64,000 nucleotides of DNA from an uncultured Nitrososphaeraceae archaeon (GCA_963837175.1 CAWIMJ010000046.1:73034-137033), one strand, 5' to 3'. Shown: positions 21,767 through 33,215, numbered from the stretch's first letter. Notes: generated by a model from the sequence alone, not told the origin. Made by a program: numbers and translations.

Positions 21767-22990
21767 TCATCTAATCATTGCTGAAACTATTTGTACGTCT
21801 GGTTTTACAGTGTTAAATTTTGGAAGTACATCTATAATTGACTCGGTAGCCTTAAGTCCGTTACCTGTGATATAGCAAACTACTTTTTCATCTTTGTCTA
21901 TTTTACATTCTTCAATCAACTTTCGAAGTACCGCTACACATACTCCACCTGCAGGTTCTGTGAATATACCTTCTGTTTTAGCAAGCATTAGTATTCCATC
22001 AACAATTTCTTCATCTGTAGCTTCTTCTGCGAGTCCATTATATTGGTTCAATCTTTTCAGAACATATGGTCCATCACCAGGGTCACCTATTGCAAGACTT
22101 TTTGCAATTGTCTTAGGCCTTTCTACGGGAACAACTTCAATTTTTTTCTTAAAGGCTTCGACCACTGGAGCACATCCATGAGGTTGTGCAGCCGTTATCT
22201 TTAGGTTTGCTAGACTATCAACTAAACCAAGATCAAGCAGCTCTTCAAATCCTTTGCAAATTGCATTTAACATTGCTCCACTTCCAACCGGAATTATTAG
22301 ATTGTCAGGAACCTCCCAATTTAGCTGCTCGGCTACCTCATAGGCAAGTGTCTTCGAGCCTTCAACATAATATGGTCGCATATTAATATTGACTATACCA
22401 ATGCCTTTAGAGTCTCCTATTACAGATGCAACCCTATTTGCATCGTCATAAGTTCCGTCTACTGCTACGAATTCAGCTCCGTATGATAGTGCTTGCGCTA
22501 TCTTTACCTTTTCAATGTCAGATGGTGAAAAAATATAACAAGGCAATTCTGCTTTTGCAGCATGGGCGGCAGTTGCAGAGGCTAGATTACCTGTAGACGC
22601 ACAACCCACGGCTTTTAATTTGGTTTCTTTGGCTCTCGAAACAGCTACGCCAGCAGGCCTATCCTTAAAAGAAAATGTTGGATTTACAGAATCGTTTTTA
22701 ATAAATAAGTTTTTCATCCCGCCTATTTGTTTACCAAGTCCGCTTGCTTTTTGTAACGGAGTGAAACCAGCACTTAGATCTACAATATTGCTTTTATTAG
22801 CAATAGGTAACAGTTCAAAATATCGCCAATATGTTTTCACATCCCTTGAGGAAAAAGTTGTCCTCTTTAGATTGAAAGAAAAGTTGTAAATGACATCAAG
22901 TGGACCAAAACATTCTTCACATATGTATCTAAATTGTGGAGCATATTCTTTTCCACACTCTCTGCATTTTAGTGATTGTATACTACCCAT
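21767..22990 (-). CDS. thrC: Threonine synthase family PLP enzyme
   Basis: N-terminal CREC/CEEC Zn ribbon, NPTFSFKDR (PLP Lys), ASTGNLA, EGSKTLAYE, PVGSGA, TGNGLK. Confidence 0.9.
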   Translation of the reverse strand: MGSIQSLKCRECGKEYAPQFRYICEECFGPLDVIYNFSFNLKRTTFSSRDVKTYWRYFELLPIANKSNIVDLSAGFTPLQKASGLGKQIGGMKNLFIKNDSVNPTFSFKDRPAGVAVSRAKETKLKAVGCASTGNLASATAAHAAKAELPCYIFSPSDIEKVKIAQALSYGAEFVAVDGTYDDANRVASVIGDSKGIGIVNINMRPYYVEGSKTLAYEVAEQLNWEVPDNLIIPVGSGAMLNAICKGFEELLDLGLVDSLANLKITAAQPHGCAPVVEAFKKKIEVVPVERPKTIAKSLAIGDPGDGPYVLKRLNQYNGLAEEATDEEIVDGILMLAKTEGIFTEPAGGVCVAVLRKLIEECKIDKDEKVVCYITGNGLKATESIIDVLPKFNTVKPDVQIVSAMIR

Positions 22991-23161
22991 ACTTTTGACT
23001 ATCCTCTATCTTGGATTGTAATAGATAAGTTTCTCTAAGAGCAATTTTAGTATTACTATATTTTTTTTACCAAAATAATTATAATCATTAAAATTAATTT
23101 TTATGATAATTACTGTTAACATCTTTTAATATCAAAAATATAAAAAATTCATGAATAATTT

Positions 23162-23488
23162 TCAATTTTTTTGTTTTTCTAGAAGATTATGAAAACATGA
23201 ACGATTGCCCGTATGACATGCAGGAGTTTGTGATTCTACCAAGTAAAGCAAAGCATCTGAGTCGCAGTCTACTAATATTTTTTTTACATATTGAATATGC
23301 CCGGACTCTTCACCTTTCATCCACAGTTTGTTATGTGATGTACTCCAGAACCAAGCATTTCCTGTTTTAATAGTATTATTAAGCGCTTCCTCATTAGCAT
23401 ATGCAAGCATAAGTATATCTTTTGTTTTTTGATCTTGAACTACTACAGGAAGCAATCCATTTCTTTTTGGGAAATCAATATCTGACAC
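23162..23488 (-). CDS. hisI: Phosphoribosyl-AMP cyclohydrolase
   Basis: GLLPVVVQD, LWMKGEESGH, VDCDSDAL, ACHTGNRSCF. Confidence 0.95.
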   Translation of the reverse strand: MSDIDFPKRNGLLPVVVQDQKTKDILMLAYANEEALNNTIKTGNAWFWSTSHNKLWMKGEESGHIQYVKKILVDCDSDALLYLVESQTPACHTGNRSCFHNLLEKQKN

Positions 23489-24309
23489 GATTTGATATTC
23501 ATATTCCGATCTCTGTGTCTTCTGTTATAATTAAGGTAACATAAATCAATTGTTCATACAGTACGATAAGTGGCTGTTATTTTTGCTTGTCGAGGAATAG
23601 ATTTAACAGACTAAGAAATTTATTGTTCCATCCGCACACATCCCTTATAAGTAATTTCCTCCCTCTATAAATGGAATATAGCGTAGAGCAAAGCCTTTTA
23701 AGAATTCCTTTTTTCTTTGTTATATACTACAACGTCACTATGCCTGTTCTCGAATCAACTTTGTGTTGGACGCCCAAGCTCTCAGCAGACCCATGGTAAC
23801 CAATCTCGCCTTAACTATTTTAGTATCTCTATTAAATCGACAAACAGCTATATTTAAAAATTCTATTAAATTCGAATTAAATATATTTCCACATTTAAGT
23901 TCACATAATTTCTAATAGGATCATTTAATAATTAATCAATAGCTTATCATCTATGACAGTTAAAATACTAGCACCATTGAATCTTCTAATGAAATTCAGA
24001 TCGTTTGGGAGAAACTATCAAAGAATATTAGATAATAGACCCATATATAACAAATGCATTGACATCGATACATGTTTGAAGGTATGATAAGAGAAGCTAA
24101 AGATTATAGTATCATAATAATTGAAGGTTTAGTAAATGCTATTGATTGTATCGGCTTCAATGTATCTCAGATTTAAGTTCAGCTAAGATAATAATATAAT
24201 ATGATATGTATTTCAATTTTGAAGTCAAAAGCATGCTGAGTTTGCAGTATTAGTTAAAAACTTGTCTGAGACTGGAAGCTCCCTGTTCTATTAGTCAATT
24301 CGTAGATAT

Positions 24310-24756
24310 TCAGGACAGATCCACTGCAAAACGTAATGATCGGTAGCGTTTATAGTCGTCAAGTAAGATCTTTGCTAAATGCCTGGTAATATCAGATACA
24401 CTTAGTAATCCTGTAATTCTATTATCTTCTTCTAAAACTGCGAGTCGCTTGATTTTGTTCCTTGTCATTATCCTACAAGCCAACTCTACAGAATCGTATG
24501 ACATTATTGTTATGAGTGGAGATGACATAATTTCTTCTACTTCGATTCTGCCTGCTGGAACATTTTTCAAGCATACCCGCTTTACCATATCGCGTTCAGT
24601 AATAATACCAAGAGGTTGACTTTTTTTGTCTACTACAATTATGGAACCTACCTTCTTCTTGGCCATCAGATTTGCAATATCTTGCGCCGTTTTACCTAAT
24701 CCCGGGATTATTGTAACGACTTCTTTTTCCGACATTATTTCACTGACGGAGCTCAC
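24310..24756 (-). CDS. CBS-domain pair protein
   Basis: VSEIMS, GSIIV..PLGIITERD, EEIMSSPLITI, IKRLAVL..ITGLLSVSDI. Confidence 0.9.
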   Translation of the reverse strand: MSSVSEIMSEKEVVTIIPGLGKTAQDIANLMAKKKVGSIIVVDKKSQPLGIITERDMVKRVCLKNVPAGRIEVEEIMSSPLITIMSYDSVELACRIMTRNKIKRLAVLEEDNRITGLLSVSDITRHLAKILLDDYKRYRSLRFAVDLS

Positions 24757-24959
24757 GTTTACTTCATTACCATGATCCTTTTTTTAGTTATTCCCATACA
24801 TTAAACAATTTATCCACTAATAAATTTCACCGAACAATACTTATTATAACCTTTTTATCCTATCTCGTAGGAAGATTACTTTTCTTGGCCATAAAATTTG
24901 GATTTACCATAGAGAAAATATGAAATAACAATGCACTGGCGATATAGAATTTTTTAATA

Positions 24960-25361
24960 CTATTCTTGTCGTTTAGCTTTTATTTTGGATGTCCTCTTCC
25001 TGATTTCTTGCTTTACTCCTTTAGATCCTTTCTGTAATCTTTCCCTCAACTTTGGAGCCTTCTCAGCCATATCGTAAGTTGTATTTTTTGCTACCCGTAA
25101 TGTCCCATGTGCCACCATTGTTTCTTCCATAGTAATTGCTGTATCGTTTATTATGCCACGTTCTTTCAAATCCTTCGGTACTTCATTAATCTCTTTTGCA
25201 GTAATATGTGCTGTTAAAGTAGCTTCATGAACTGTCTGTATAAATTCGTCAATTGCACCGCTGTGGCGAAGTGTTTTTACAGTCTCCCTTATTTTAGCGG
25301 ATGTTTCACGAATACCTTTGGCAATATTCCTGATAGATTCTGCAGTTTGGTCGGGAGTCAT
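24960..25361 (-). CDS. Hypothetical helical/coiled-coil protein
   Basis: Probable start MTPDQTAESIRN; amphipathic T/A/E/K-rich helices. Confidence 0.6.
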   Translation of the reverse strand: MTPDQTAESIRNIAKGIRETSAKIRETVKTLRHSGAIDEFIQTVHEATLTAHITAKEINEVPKDLKERGIINDTAITMEETMVAHGTLRVAKNTTYDMAEKAPKLRERLQKGSKGVKQEIRKRTSKIKAKRQE

Positions 25362-26386
25362 TTGTGTAATGGAAGTCTTGAATGTATTATTTATGGATGT
25401 CACCCCGATGTATACATTTAGCCATTTTATTTTTGTAATTAGGTTGGGCCGATTTGATATCATACATAGTATTTATTTAGCAGTATGGCTTAGTTTAATA
25501 ATTAGAAACAGCCATCGAAATAATATGATAATGAAACGTTAATCTTGCCAATCCGGAGTTGTACATAGGGAGCTCATTTTATAATATTACTTCTAATGTC
25601 TAGTTTTTTCAAGTCATATTAGTTCACGTCATTAAATATGGTCATAGATTGATTAAGAGATCAAGGTTTATACATGCTGATGAAAAAAGGCTGGCAGTTA
25701 ATTATCATCATATGTTCCAGATTCATAATTTTCTAGATGGAAAGGCGACAGAACAGTTCGAAGTTTTCATTTTATCGTAGCTATCTTAGTTAGAAGGAAT
25801 TAAATATGGAATGATATTCTAGTTTATCAGAATACAGATATAGAAATATTGATTAAAATCATAGGCACGGCATAACATACACAATAATGGTTATATCCAT
25901 AATTTATTGTGCTATTTATTAATTGTAATCTATAAAATCCTAAGGTTAAAAAAGCTAGAAGATAAATGATTAATTTGTTTATCATAACATCATATAAACA
26001 AAATAAGTTAAAAACATTAGGGATTTATTGTAAAAATTATTTAATTATTACCTCGACTGTCATGTTAAGTAGTAGAGGATAGAAGTACGTGATAAGTCTT
26101 AGAAGGCAAAAGCGTACCAGGGTATCATCAGGTTTGTTGCTACTCCCTGTTTTGACTCCTCTACTTTTATTAAGTCTGAATGTAAGTTTTGAGGCATCGT
26201 AATTAAATAAACTTTTTAATGCAGTTATAGTTGACATAATAATTCAATGAATATCAAATGTATAAGACTCTAAAGATATCATGATTTATAAAATAAATGC
26301 AAATTGATTCAAAATCATCTTAAAAGTGACAAAAGAAGATATAAAAATTATTGAGGAAAGTAATCACTTCTTTAGAAATCATCAGT

Positions 26387-26611
26387 CTATTTTTTCGCCG
26401 TCATTCTAAGTACATCTACTTGACCACTATGCAACCAATCCTTAAGCTCTTCATGAGATGGCTTAAGATCATGCTTGCCCGCTAAATGGAGATGTAAAAG
26501 GACATAGTTAATTTGGTTTAACAACGGTTTATTTTGCTCATCCCCCTGGCGAGCTTTCTGTTTTAAATCTGCAGGTACACTGTTCCACCACTCTTCATAT
26601 TTCCTAACCAT
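26387..26611 (-). CDS. Small hypothetical protein
   Basis: Clean 74 aa ORF (YEEWWNSVP..KPLLNQINYVLLHLH..KPSHEELKDWLHSGQVD). Confidence 0.7.
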   Translation of the reverse strand: MVRKYEEWWNSVPADLKQKARQGDEQNKPLLNQINYVLLHLHLAGKHDLKPSHEELKDWLHSGQVDVLRMTAKK

Positions 26612-26753
26612 AAGACCAAGTTATACCGGAACTTAATAAGCCTTTTGGGTTCATTATACGTTTCGACAGTTTATATTCATATATTTCACTCCTTAAAGAA
26701 CTTTGAATTGTTGCCGTGATTAAAATTCATATAAAATATAATAGGTTTGAACA

Positions 26754-27605
26754 ATGACTTTCTCAAAGAGTCGCATGCCATTCAAAATGGAGGAATTGCA
26801 AAAAGCCCATATTGCATATAAGCAATTCAAAGCTCACAATCCACAATCATATCATGAACGTTATATATTCCCGTTTTTTGCAGGATCATATTTTACTTAT
26901 CGCAAAGTCGACGTTATACGTATAGTAACAATTTCCAAATCTATTTGCAATATACCTAAATTTATAGACATAGGTTGTGGATACGGTGATTTTCTTGAAA
27001 AGATACGGGAATTTATTCCAGATGCAATAGGGATCGAACAGAATGGAGATATTTTCTACACCTTTCAAAAACCTATACCGGATTTTATATATTCAACTCC
27101 TATTGAATCATTTGATAAAAAGATGTTTGACGTTGCCTTTATAGGTTGGATGGAACCAGGAGTAGATTTCCGCAAACACGTTGCAGGATCTACACGCTGT
27201 ATTATCACAACATTCGATACTGGAGGCCAATGCGGGATAAATGGTAGTTGTGAGTACGAGGAATTTGGATTCAAAAAAATAGCATCGTGGAGAACACCGT
27301 CCTGGATAGATGTTAATAGCGAATTGATGAATAAATTCTATACACCTTCTTTATTATCTAACGAAAATAAGAAACAACAACTGGCGAAATTACGGACTGC
27401 TCATAATTTTTGGTATGTATATGCAAGACCTCAAATATCCAGCAAGATAATTGCAGATTTAAAGGAATGGTTAAAAAAAGAAGAATCATTAGATTTTGGA
27501 AGATATGATTTTGAATCACTTCTCGATGAATGTGGTTTCCACTATAAAGAGAATCTTTCAATGTTAGTATCTAACAGCAATCGATTGTGGGAAGTAAGCC
27601 TTTGA
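26754..27605 (+). CDS. Class I SAM-dependent methyltransferase
   Basis: Motif I KFIDIGCGYG, motif II AIGIE, FDVAFIGWM. Confidence 0.78.
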   Translation: MTFSKSRMPFKMEELQKAHIAYKQFKAHNPQSYHERYIFPFFAGSYFTYRKVDVIRIVTISKSICNIPKFIDIGCGYGDFLEKIREFIPDAIGIEQNGDIFYTFQKPIPDFIYSTPIESFDKKMFDVAFIGWMEPGVDFRKHVAGSTRCIITTFDTGGQCGINGSCEYEEFGFKKIASWRTPSWIDVNSELMNKFYTPSLLSNENKKQQLAKLRTAHNFWYVYARPQISSKIIADLKEWLKKEESLDFGRYDFESLLDECGFHYKENLSMLVSNSNRLWEVSL

Positions 27606-27743
27606 CTAGAAATGCTATGGGGATTGATAGGCGGCTTGCCTCATGTTCAAAGCTGTAGTAAATTTAATCATTCACGTACACTCTAACTTTTGAGTCAACA
27701 TTGGATTGCTATTAAGATGGTGATGCTTTCTGTATTGTTATTA

Positions 27744-27986
27744 TTACCTTGACATCATATCTTGATAATAGTATTCAATTCTGTTTAATCCAAATCCTCT
27801 AATTCTTTTAATCTTGCCTTCTTTAATCAAACGTAGTATAGCATATTGCAATTCATATTTGCTACTACTATCAATCTCTTTTTCGATGCGTTTCCTAGTA
27901 GCTTTACCATTATAATTTTTTATGATGGAGTATACGGAATTATATACATACTCTTTTGACTTTTTATTTAGTTGAAGGGTAGCCAT
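27744..27986 (-). CDS. Small winged-helix DNA-binding-like protein
   Basis: Basic 80 aa protein with ATRKRIEKEI..SKYELQYAILRLIKEGKIKR wHTH pattern. Confidence 0.6.
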   Translation of the reverse strand: MATLQLNKKSKEYVYNSVYSIIKNYNGKATRKRIEKEIDSSSKYELQYAILRLIKEGKIKRIRGFGLNRIEYYYQDMMSR

Positions 27987-28304
27987 AAATGTTAATGGTA
28001 GATTTAAGTTAAAAATAGCCCAGTTTGTATTATTTTACTATGAATACAAGGAAATTGCTTGAGTTAATAATGCTATTCCTCGAAGATCTTAGTAGATAGA
28101 ACAGGTTTTTCGACACTTTTATATAGACATATTCATAAAAATGACTGAACATAATTCGTGGTAACCCGATGTGATTTAATAATTTTCTTTTCTTCATGAA
28201 GAAATGAATTGGGATTATTATTAGACTGGTTGTTATAACACTGTTTTGTTATTGGCATAGGGTTTAAATAGTTTCAAACGTATGCAGCTGTAGTGAATTA
28301 GTAG

Positions 28305-28598
28305 ATGCCAATTGCGATACTTCCAGACGTTGATGAACAAAGATGTATTGGATGTGCTCTCTGTGTAGAGATTTGCACTGCTCTCGGTCCAGATGTTCTT
28401 AGAGTAAAACCTGTAGAAGGATGGAAGAGAGGTAAGGCGTTTGTCTTCTACCCGGAACGGTGTATTTCAGATGGTGCATGTATAGGGGTATGTCCAACTC
28501 ATGCAATATTCTGGATGAGGCCGATGGAATATACTGCAGGACAACCAGTGCCACTGCATAAGAACGGTGTATTCTCAAAAGGATGGGAAGAGGGTTAG
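28305..28598 (+). CDS. Dicluster ferredoxin
   Basis: CIGCALCVEIC and CISDGACIGVCP motifs. Confidence 0.92.
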   Translation: MPIAILPDVDEQRCIGCALCVEICTALGPDVLRVKPVEGWKRGKAFVFYPERCISDGACIGVCPTHAIFWMRPMEYTAGQPVPLHKNGVFSKGWEEG

Positions 28599-29339
28599 AC
28601 GTCTTCCACTAGAAGAGCCATAAATACCACTTTCCTTTTTTAAATTTTTAAATTGTTTTGTATAACTATTCCTATTTGAATATATAAGCTATCAAAAAAG
28701 TCTTAAAATTTGATTAACATCCTATGTCAGATTACAATTATTAGATACAGATAATGATCATTAGAAATCCAGCTTTATCGTTCTGCATTATACCCCCAAT
28801 AAAGCTAAATCTATCTATCTTGTCTTATCAGTAAAAAATCATAATTGCTAGATTATATCTAACAATCTAGATTAAAATGTCATTATCAAAATAGTAGGAT
28901 AAAATGATAACATTTATGTCATATATTATAAATATATAAGACAAATCTATATATCCGAACTGACAACTTCTTTTCCAATAATTTATTTTTTGAATAATTG
29001 GGTGACATTATTTTTCTTTCATGGATCTGGATTTTCATCTTATCTTCTTAAAAGAGTTCGATGTATACTTACAAATTTGTAAATATATATCAAAGTCCGC
29101 TATTAGAGTTAACGAACATTGCATTACTAGGATAAGCTTTAACATGATCATTTTAATTGATTTGATATCAAGCTGTTTTTTCTGAATACTTAATTCTACT
29201 TATGTGTTTTATTTCATTCATTTTCCGATTTGACATATCTGTGTAATCGTTATGTTGCTAGAATATTAAGGCATAAAAGATTCCATAGTAACCTTATTTC
29301 ATGCAATAAAGGATAAAATTCTTGTTTATTCTGGCAAAA

Positions 29340-30100
29340 TCTAAAAATGCTTTTTGACAAGACACTTTTTCTCCACTTGAAACACAATTACAGTGATATT
29401 ATAAAAATTCCGAAGATATTCTATTGCCTTTAAATGATTTCTGATAAAATTTAGGGTCCTTTAAGAGTGCTATCAAATGTAGATACAATCTACATGCTAC
29501 GGATTATGGAAGATATCTATATGGGATAAGAAGTATATAATTAAGTGATCTTGGCTGAGAAAACAAGACCTTTAGGACTAAAAATATCTTCGAAATATAC
29601 TCAAACAAGCTTATGCACAACTAAACGAATCATTTGGGTCAAAAGAAGCTGCTAATAGATTATGAGGGATTTGGAATTTTGCCTTCATAAATAGACATAA
29701 AGTAAACAGATATTGTTTGACCCCTTTGCTTATTATGACCTAGCCATAATTTCTAAAACAATTGCTATAGAAAGGATAGCAGAGCTGATATTGCAACTCA
29801 AATCTTCTGCTGCTCCTGTCATCCTGTCATAAATGACATGAATGTGTAGTTGACTACTCCCGATTACAACAAACCATAACCTATTAAGAAACTATCTAAA
29901 AAGAGCAAAGCAATAGCTGAAAATCATACTGACAGTATCTATGCATAATAAAAAAAATTCGAAGACAGTAAAATGTAATAAGTTTGATAAATTCATTTGA
30001 CATGAATTTCATTTGAGGCTCAAAAAGTGAGTAAGAGCCTACAGTCATGACTAAGGGCTATTCTGTCAACCCTCGAATATGGAAATGGGGAAGATTGAAC
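29340..30100 (+). pseudogene. Possible heavily decayed ATP-grasp (carboxylate-amine ligase) gene
   Basis: Scattered fragments ..FDK.LF.., KIPKIFYC and VNPRIWKW near 30065-30090; no continuous frame. Confidence 0.25.
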
Positions 30101-30422
30101 CATATAACAGAGAAATATGAGAAGTCATGGCTACATACATATGAAATAATATTCAGAATGGGAATTATCACTAATAACTCATAACTCATAAGAGTCGATA
30201 AGTGGACATTATATGAACATAAGAAAAAGATGAACTAGAATTATTACAAATTATATAGGCTAGATATTGCTAGATCCATTTTTATCTTATATGGTAAGCT
30301 CTTTATTTCATTGCCATTGTCATTTTCTTCATCCAATTTTTTATATTGTTTTCTACATTTGATGTTTTGTGATGTAAATCAATAGTTCTTTAGATAGCTT
30401 ATAACAAAAGTAAAAGTACATT

Positions 30423-32042
30423 TTATAACTTGGTAATAATGTCATGATCATAATCAAAAACTTTTGGATTCAGTTTTTTTATTAACGGTAAATTATTATA
30501 ATGTTGATCATTAACTATCTGTCGCATAAAAGTATTTGCTACTATTATTATTTCTTCAAAGTTATTGTTTACAATGAATCGGTCAAGGGATTCAATAAAA
30601 CTTGGATAATTTTTAGGATTATTATGATTTGTCGATCTTTTGCAACTCAAATTATGTGCAGCTGGAAATATATCGCTTATTTCTGAAGGGATAATTCCAA
30701 GAAATGGACTATAGGTGCAAATTTGTGCATCTGGGAATTTTTTGACGAGCTGAAGAAAGGCTCGGGTAGAATAAAATGGATGAATATCTGAATCTGGATA
30801 TAATACTAATTTCTTTTTTTTATTTTTTAACGACGCAAATTTGGATACTATATTTCTGAATCGCTTGGCCTCTGGTCTATATTGATCTATGGGATCATAG
30901 AAAAAGACTGCTTTTCTTTTGAAGATTGGTGTTCCTTCGCCTAGATATTCAAAGGTTTTGAAAAGTTCCATTGCTTCCATAAGTTTTGGATGTGCATGCG
31001 CCTTTTGCATTACGTATTCCCACAATCTGCCATCCACTATAGCTTGTTTTACTGCATTAACTTCTGCTTTCAAAATGTAGAGATTATGTTTTGCTACTTC
31101 TAATATACGGCTGTCTCTGTCCAGATAAAACAACTCCTTGATAGAATAAGCAGTACAAATTGGACACTGACATGGAAGATATGAAAGGTCTTCTAACCTT
31201 GTAGTGCCATTTGAATGCATATATCGATTATCCTTAGCATAGAGAATGTAGGAGGCTGAATCAAACATATCGCATCCCAATGCAACAGCCAAGGGAATTG
31301 TGATGGGGTGTCCTGCGCCAAAAAGATGTATTGGTTTTGCTGGAATAGCACGTTTTACTATGGCTATCATATGTGCTAGTATTGCAAACTCATATGCTTC
31401 CATCAATTCAACAGGGCTGCCAATGGCCATAAGATTGAAACCCATTTTGTCAAGGGCAACGGCGGAGTATTTTACTAAATCTGAATGTTCGGCACCCTGT
31501 ACAGGTCCTACCCAAATTGCACCATTTGTATCATCATTATGATACTTATTGCCTGTGTTATTTTTGATTCCCTTGCTTTTTCTTCCTTCTATTGCATTAA
31601 GGGTTTCTCTCGCATTTTTTAGTGTCTGCTCTACATTGTCTCTAGCCTTTTCATACTTTAATCCATAACCTGTAGGTTTATCAAGAGGCACAGGAATGTC
31701 ACTTCGAATATCATTCTCAAATATTGCCATGACAGTGGGTTCAACATCAATCGAGTCGTATTCTAAAACTTGGTATCCTCCAGAGTCTGTCATTACTACT
31801 CCATCATATTTTATTATATCATGAATTCCTCTCTTTCTTGCTTCATCACCATAATGTTTTAATGTTATGTATGCATTCGTGATAACTGCATTAAAACCCA
31901 AACTTTTTAGAAAGTTTGGAGTTATTGTCTGCCTTATTGGATGTATGACAGGAATAAACGCGGGAGTTTCAAGATTACCATGGGGAGTTTTTAATTTACC
32001 GATACGCCCCGCCAGGTCAGTACATCTGACCTCGAAGGACAA
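30423..32042 (-). CDS. tgtA: tRNA-guanine(15) transglycosylase (archaeosine TGT)
   Basis: LAGRIGKL.TPHG.LETPAFIPV, MTDSGGYQ, GPVQG, HLFGAGHP, FDSASY, Zn motif CQCPIC..HN. Confidence 0.95.
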   Translation of the reverse strand: MSFEVRCTDLAGRIGKLKTPHGNLETPAFIPVIHPIRQTITPNFLKSLGFNAVITNAYITLKHYGDEARKRGIHDIIKYDGVVMTDSGGYQVLEYDSIDVEPTVMAIFENDIRSDIPVPLDKPTGYGLKYEKARDNVEQTLKNARETLNAIEGRKSKGIKNNTGNKYHNDDTNGAIWVGPVQGAEHSDLVKYSAVALDKMGFNLMAIGSPVELMEAYEFAILAHMIAIVKRAIPAKPIHLFGAGHPITIPLAVALGCDMFDSASYILYAKDNRYMHSNGTTRLEDLSYLPCQCPICTAYSIKELFYLDRDSRILEVAKHNLYILKAEVNAVKQAIVDGRLWEYVMQKAHAHPKLMEAMELFKTFEYLGEGTPIFKRKAVFFYDPIDQYRPEAKRFRNIVSKFASLKNKKKKLVLYPDSDIHPFYSTRAFLQLVKKFPDAQICTYSPFLGIIPSEISDIFPAAHNLSCKRSTNHNNPKNYPSFIESLDRFIVNNNFEEIIIVANTFMRQIVNDQHYNNLPLIKKLNPKVFDYDHDIITKL

Positions 32043-32044
32043 AT

Positions 32045-32459
32045 TTACTTCTTTGTCTCCCTGATGAACTCGTCATATATTGCCTTGACTCTATCAGCCG
32101 CAAGCCCAGAACCCTCTTCAATACCTGTCTGTGTGACTTTGATTTTATCCATTACAATAATAGCCCCTACATCTTCCCTAATTTTTACTAAGCCTGGAAA
32201 TACTCTAGAAAGCCTATCTGATAAAGCTTTAAAATCAAAAGGCTTTTCCATGAGCTTTATATCTTTAACAAAAGAACCGTTGAGAATTAATTTAAGGATT
32301 TCATGACCTTCTATATTATCGAGTACAATATCAAGTTTTTCATCAATACCAGTTAGCGTGCCATTGTATATTTTTTGGTCAGAAGTTTCTATAGAAACTT
32401 TTTTCCCCAAGAATTGCACTATCTCTTCGCCAAATTTCCGATTAAGTACTGCGAGCCAT
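32045..32459 (-). CDS. Extended Lsm/Sm-like archaeal protein (SmAP3-type); indel near the start
   Basis: Sm1 motif YNGTLTGID, Sm2 ILNGSFV, C-terminal domain VFPGLVK..IIVMDKIKV; removing one base at ~32453 restores MAAVLNRKFGEE. Confidence 0.85.
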
Positions 32460-32627
32460 AAATATTTCTATGAGGATATGCTTTAAGTAGTATAATATGA
32501 ATTTTAATATATTATCTCTGGCATTATGCTGAATAAACTATTAAAATCAGAGCAATATGATGTAGTTAAGTTATCCATTAAGATAGATCAAAAATATATC
32601 TCGGAGAACAAGGTGAGGATTATGGAT

Positions 32628-33215
32628 CTAATAATATTCAAGAAATTTCTGTACGTCACCTTTTTCATAGACCAATGAGAGCCAATCGACCATTCCGATC
32701 TCATGTTTTGATTTGTTTTGTAACAACAACACTATTTCTTCAGCAGCCTGTTGAGATGTCTTTCCAGTTGCATCAAATTCTATAACTTTATTTTTTCCAA
32801 AAGTTTTCAATGCATCGTAAAATGAAATACCAAGGATTTCACTAGCTACATTCTCTCTAATCTTCTCAGGTGAGTAATCTCTTTCTTCGAAAGTTCTTAT
32901 TATTTCATAAGGTGAACGACGCATAACTACAACAATATCGATTCCATCTGGTCTTAATAGATAAGGTACAAGATGTCCAATAATTACTAGGTCTCCTCCT
33001 TTTTTTAATTCATTTCTTATTAATTTCGATGTCTTTTTTATATCAACTTCTTTTCTGTTCCGATCATCATTTAGTAAGAAAGCATTATTATCTATTATTA
33101 TCTTGTTGATATCAATTATTTTTACATCCCCTAATTTCTCACATACAATTTTCGTACATGTATGCTTTCCCACTCCTGGATTACCCGTAATGGCGACTTT
33201 GATTTGACTCTTCAA
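32628..33215 (-). CDS. Adenylate kinase, AK6/Fap7 family
   Basis: ITGNPGVGKHT P-loop, IIGHL, R.Y.PEKIRENVASEIL, VDWL. Confidence 0.88.
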   Translation of the reverse strand: MKSQIKVAITGNPGVGKHTCTKIVCEKLGDVKIIDINKIIIDNNAFLLNDDRNRKEVDIKKTSKLIRNELKKGGDLVIIGHLVPYLLRPDGIDIVVVMRRSPYEIIRTFEERDYSPEKIRENVASEILGISFYDALKTFGKNKVIEFDATGKTSQQAAEEIVLLLQNKSKHEIGMVDWLSLVYEKGDVQKFLEYY

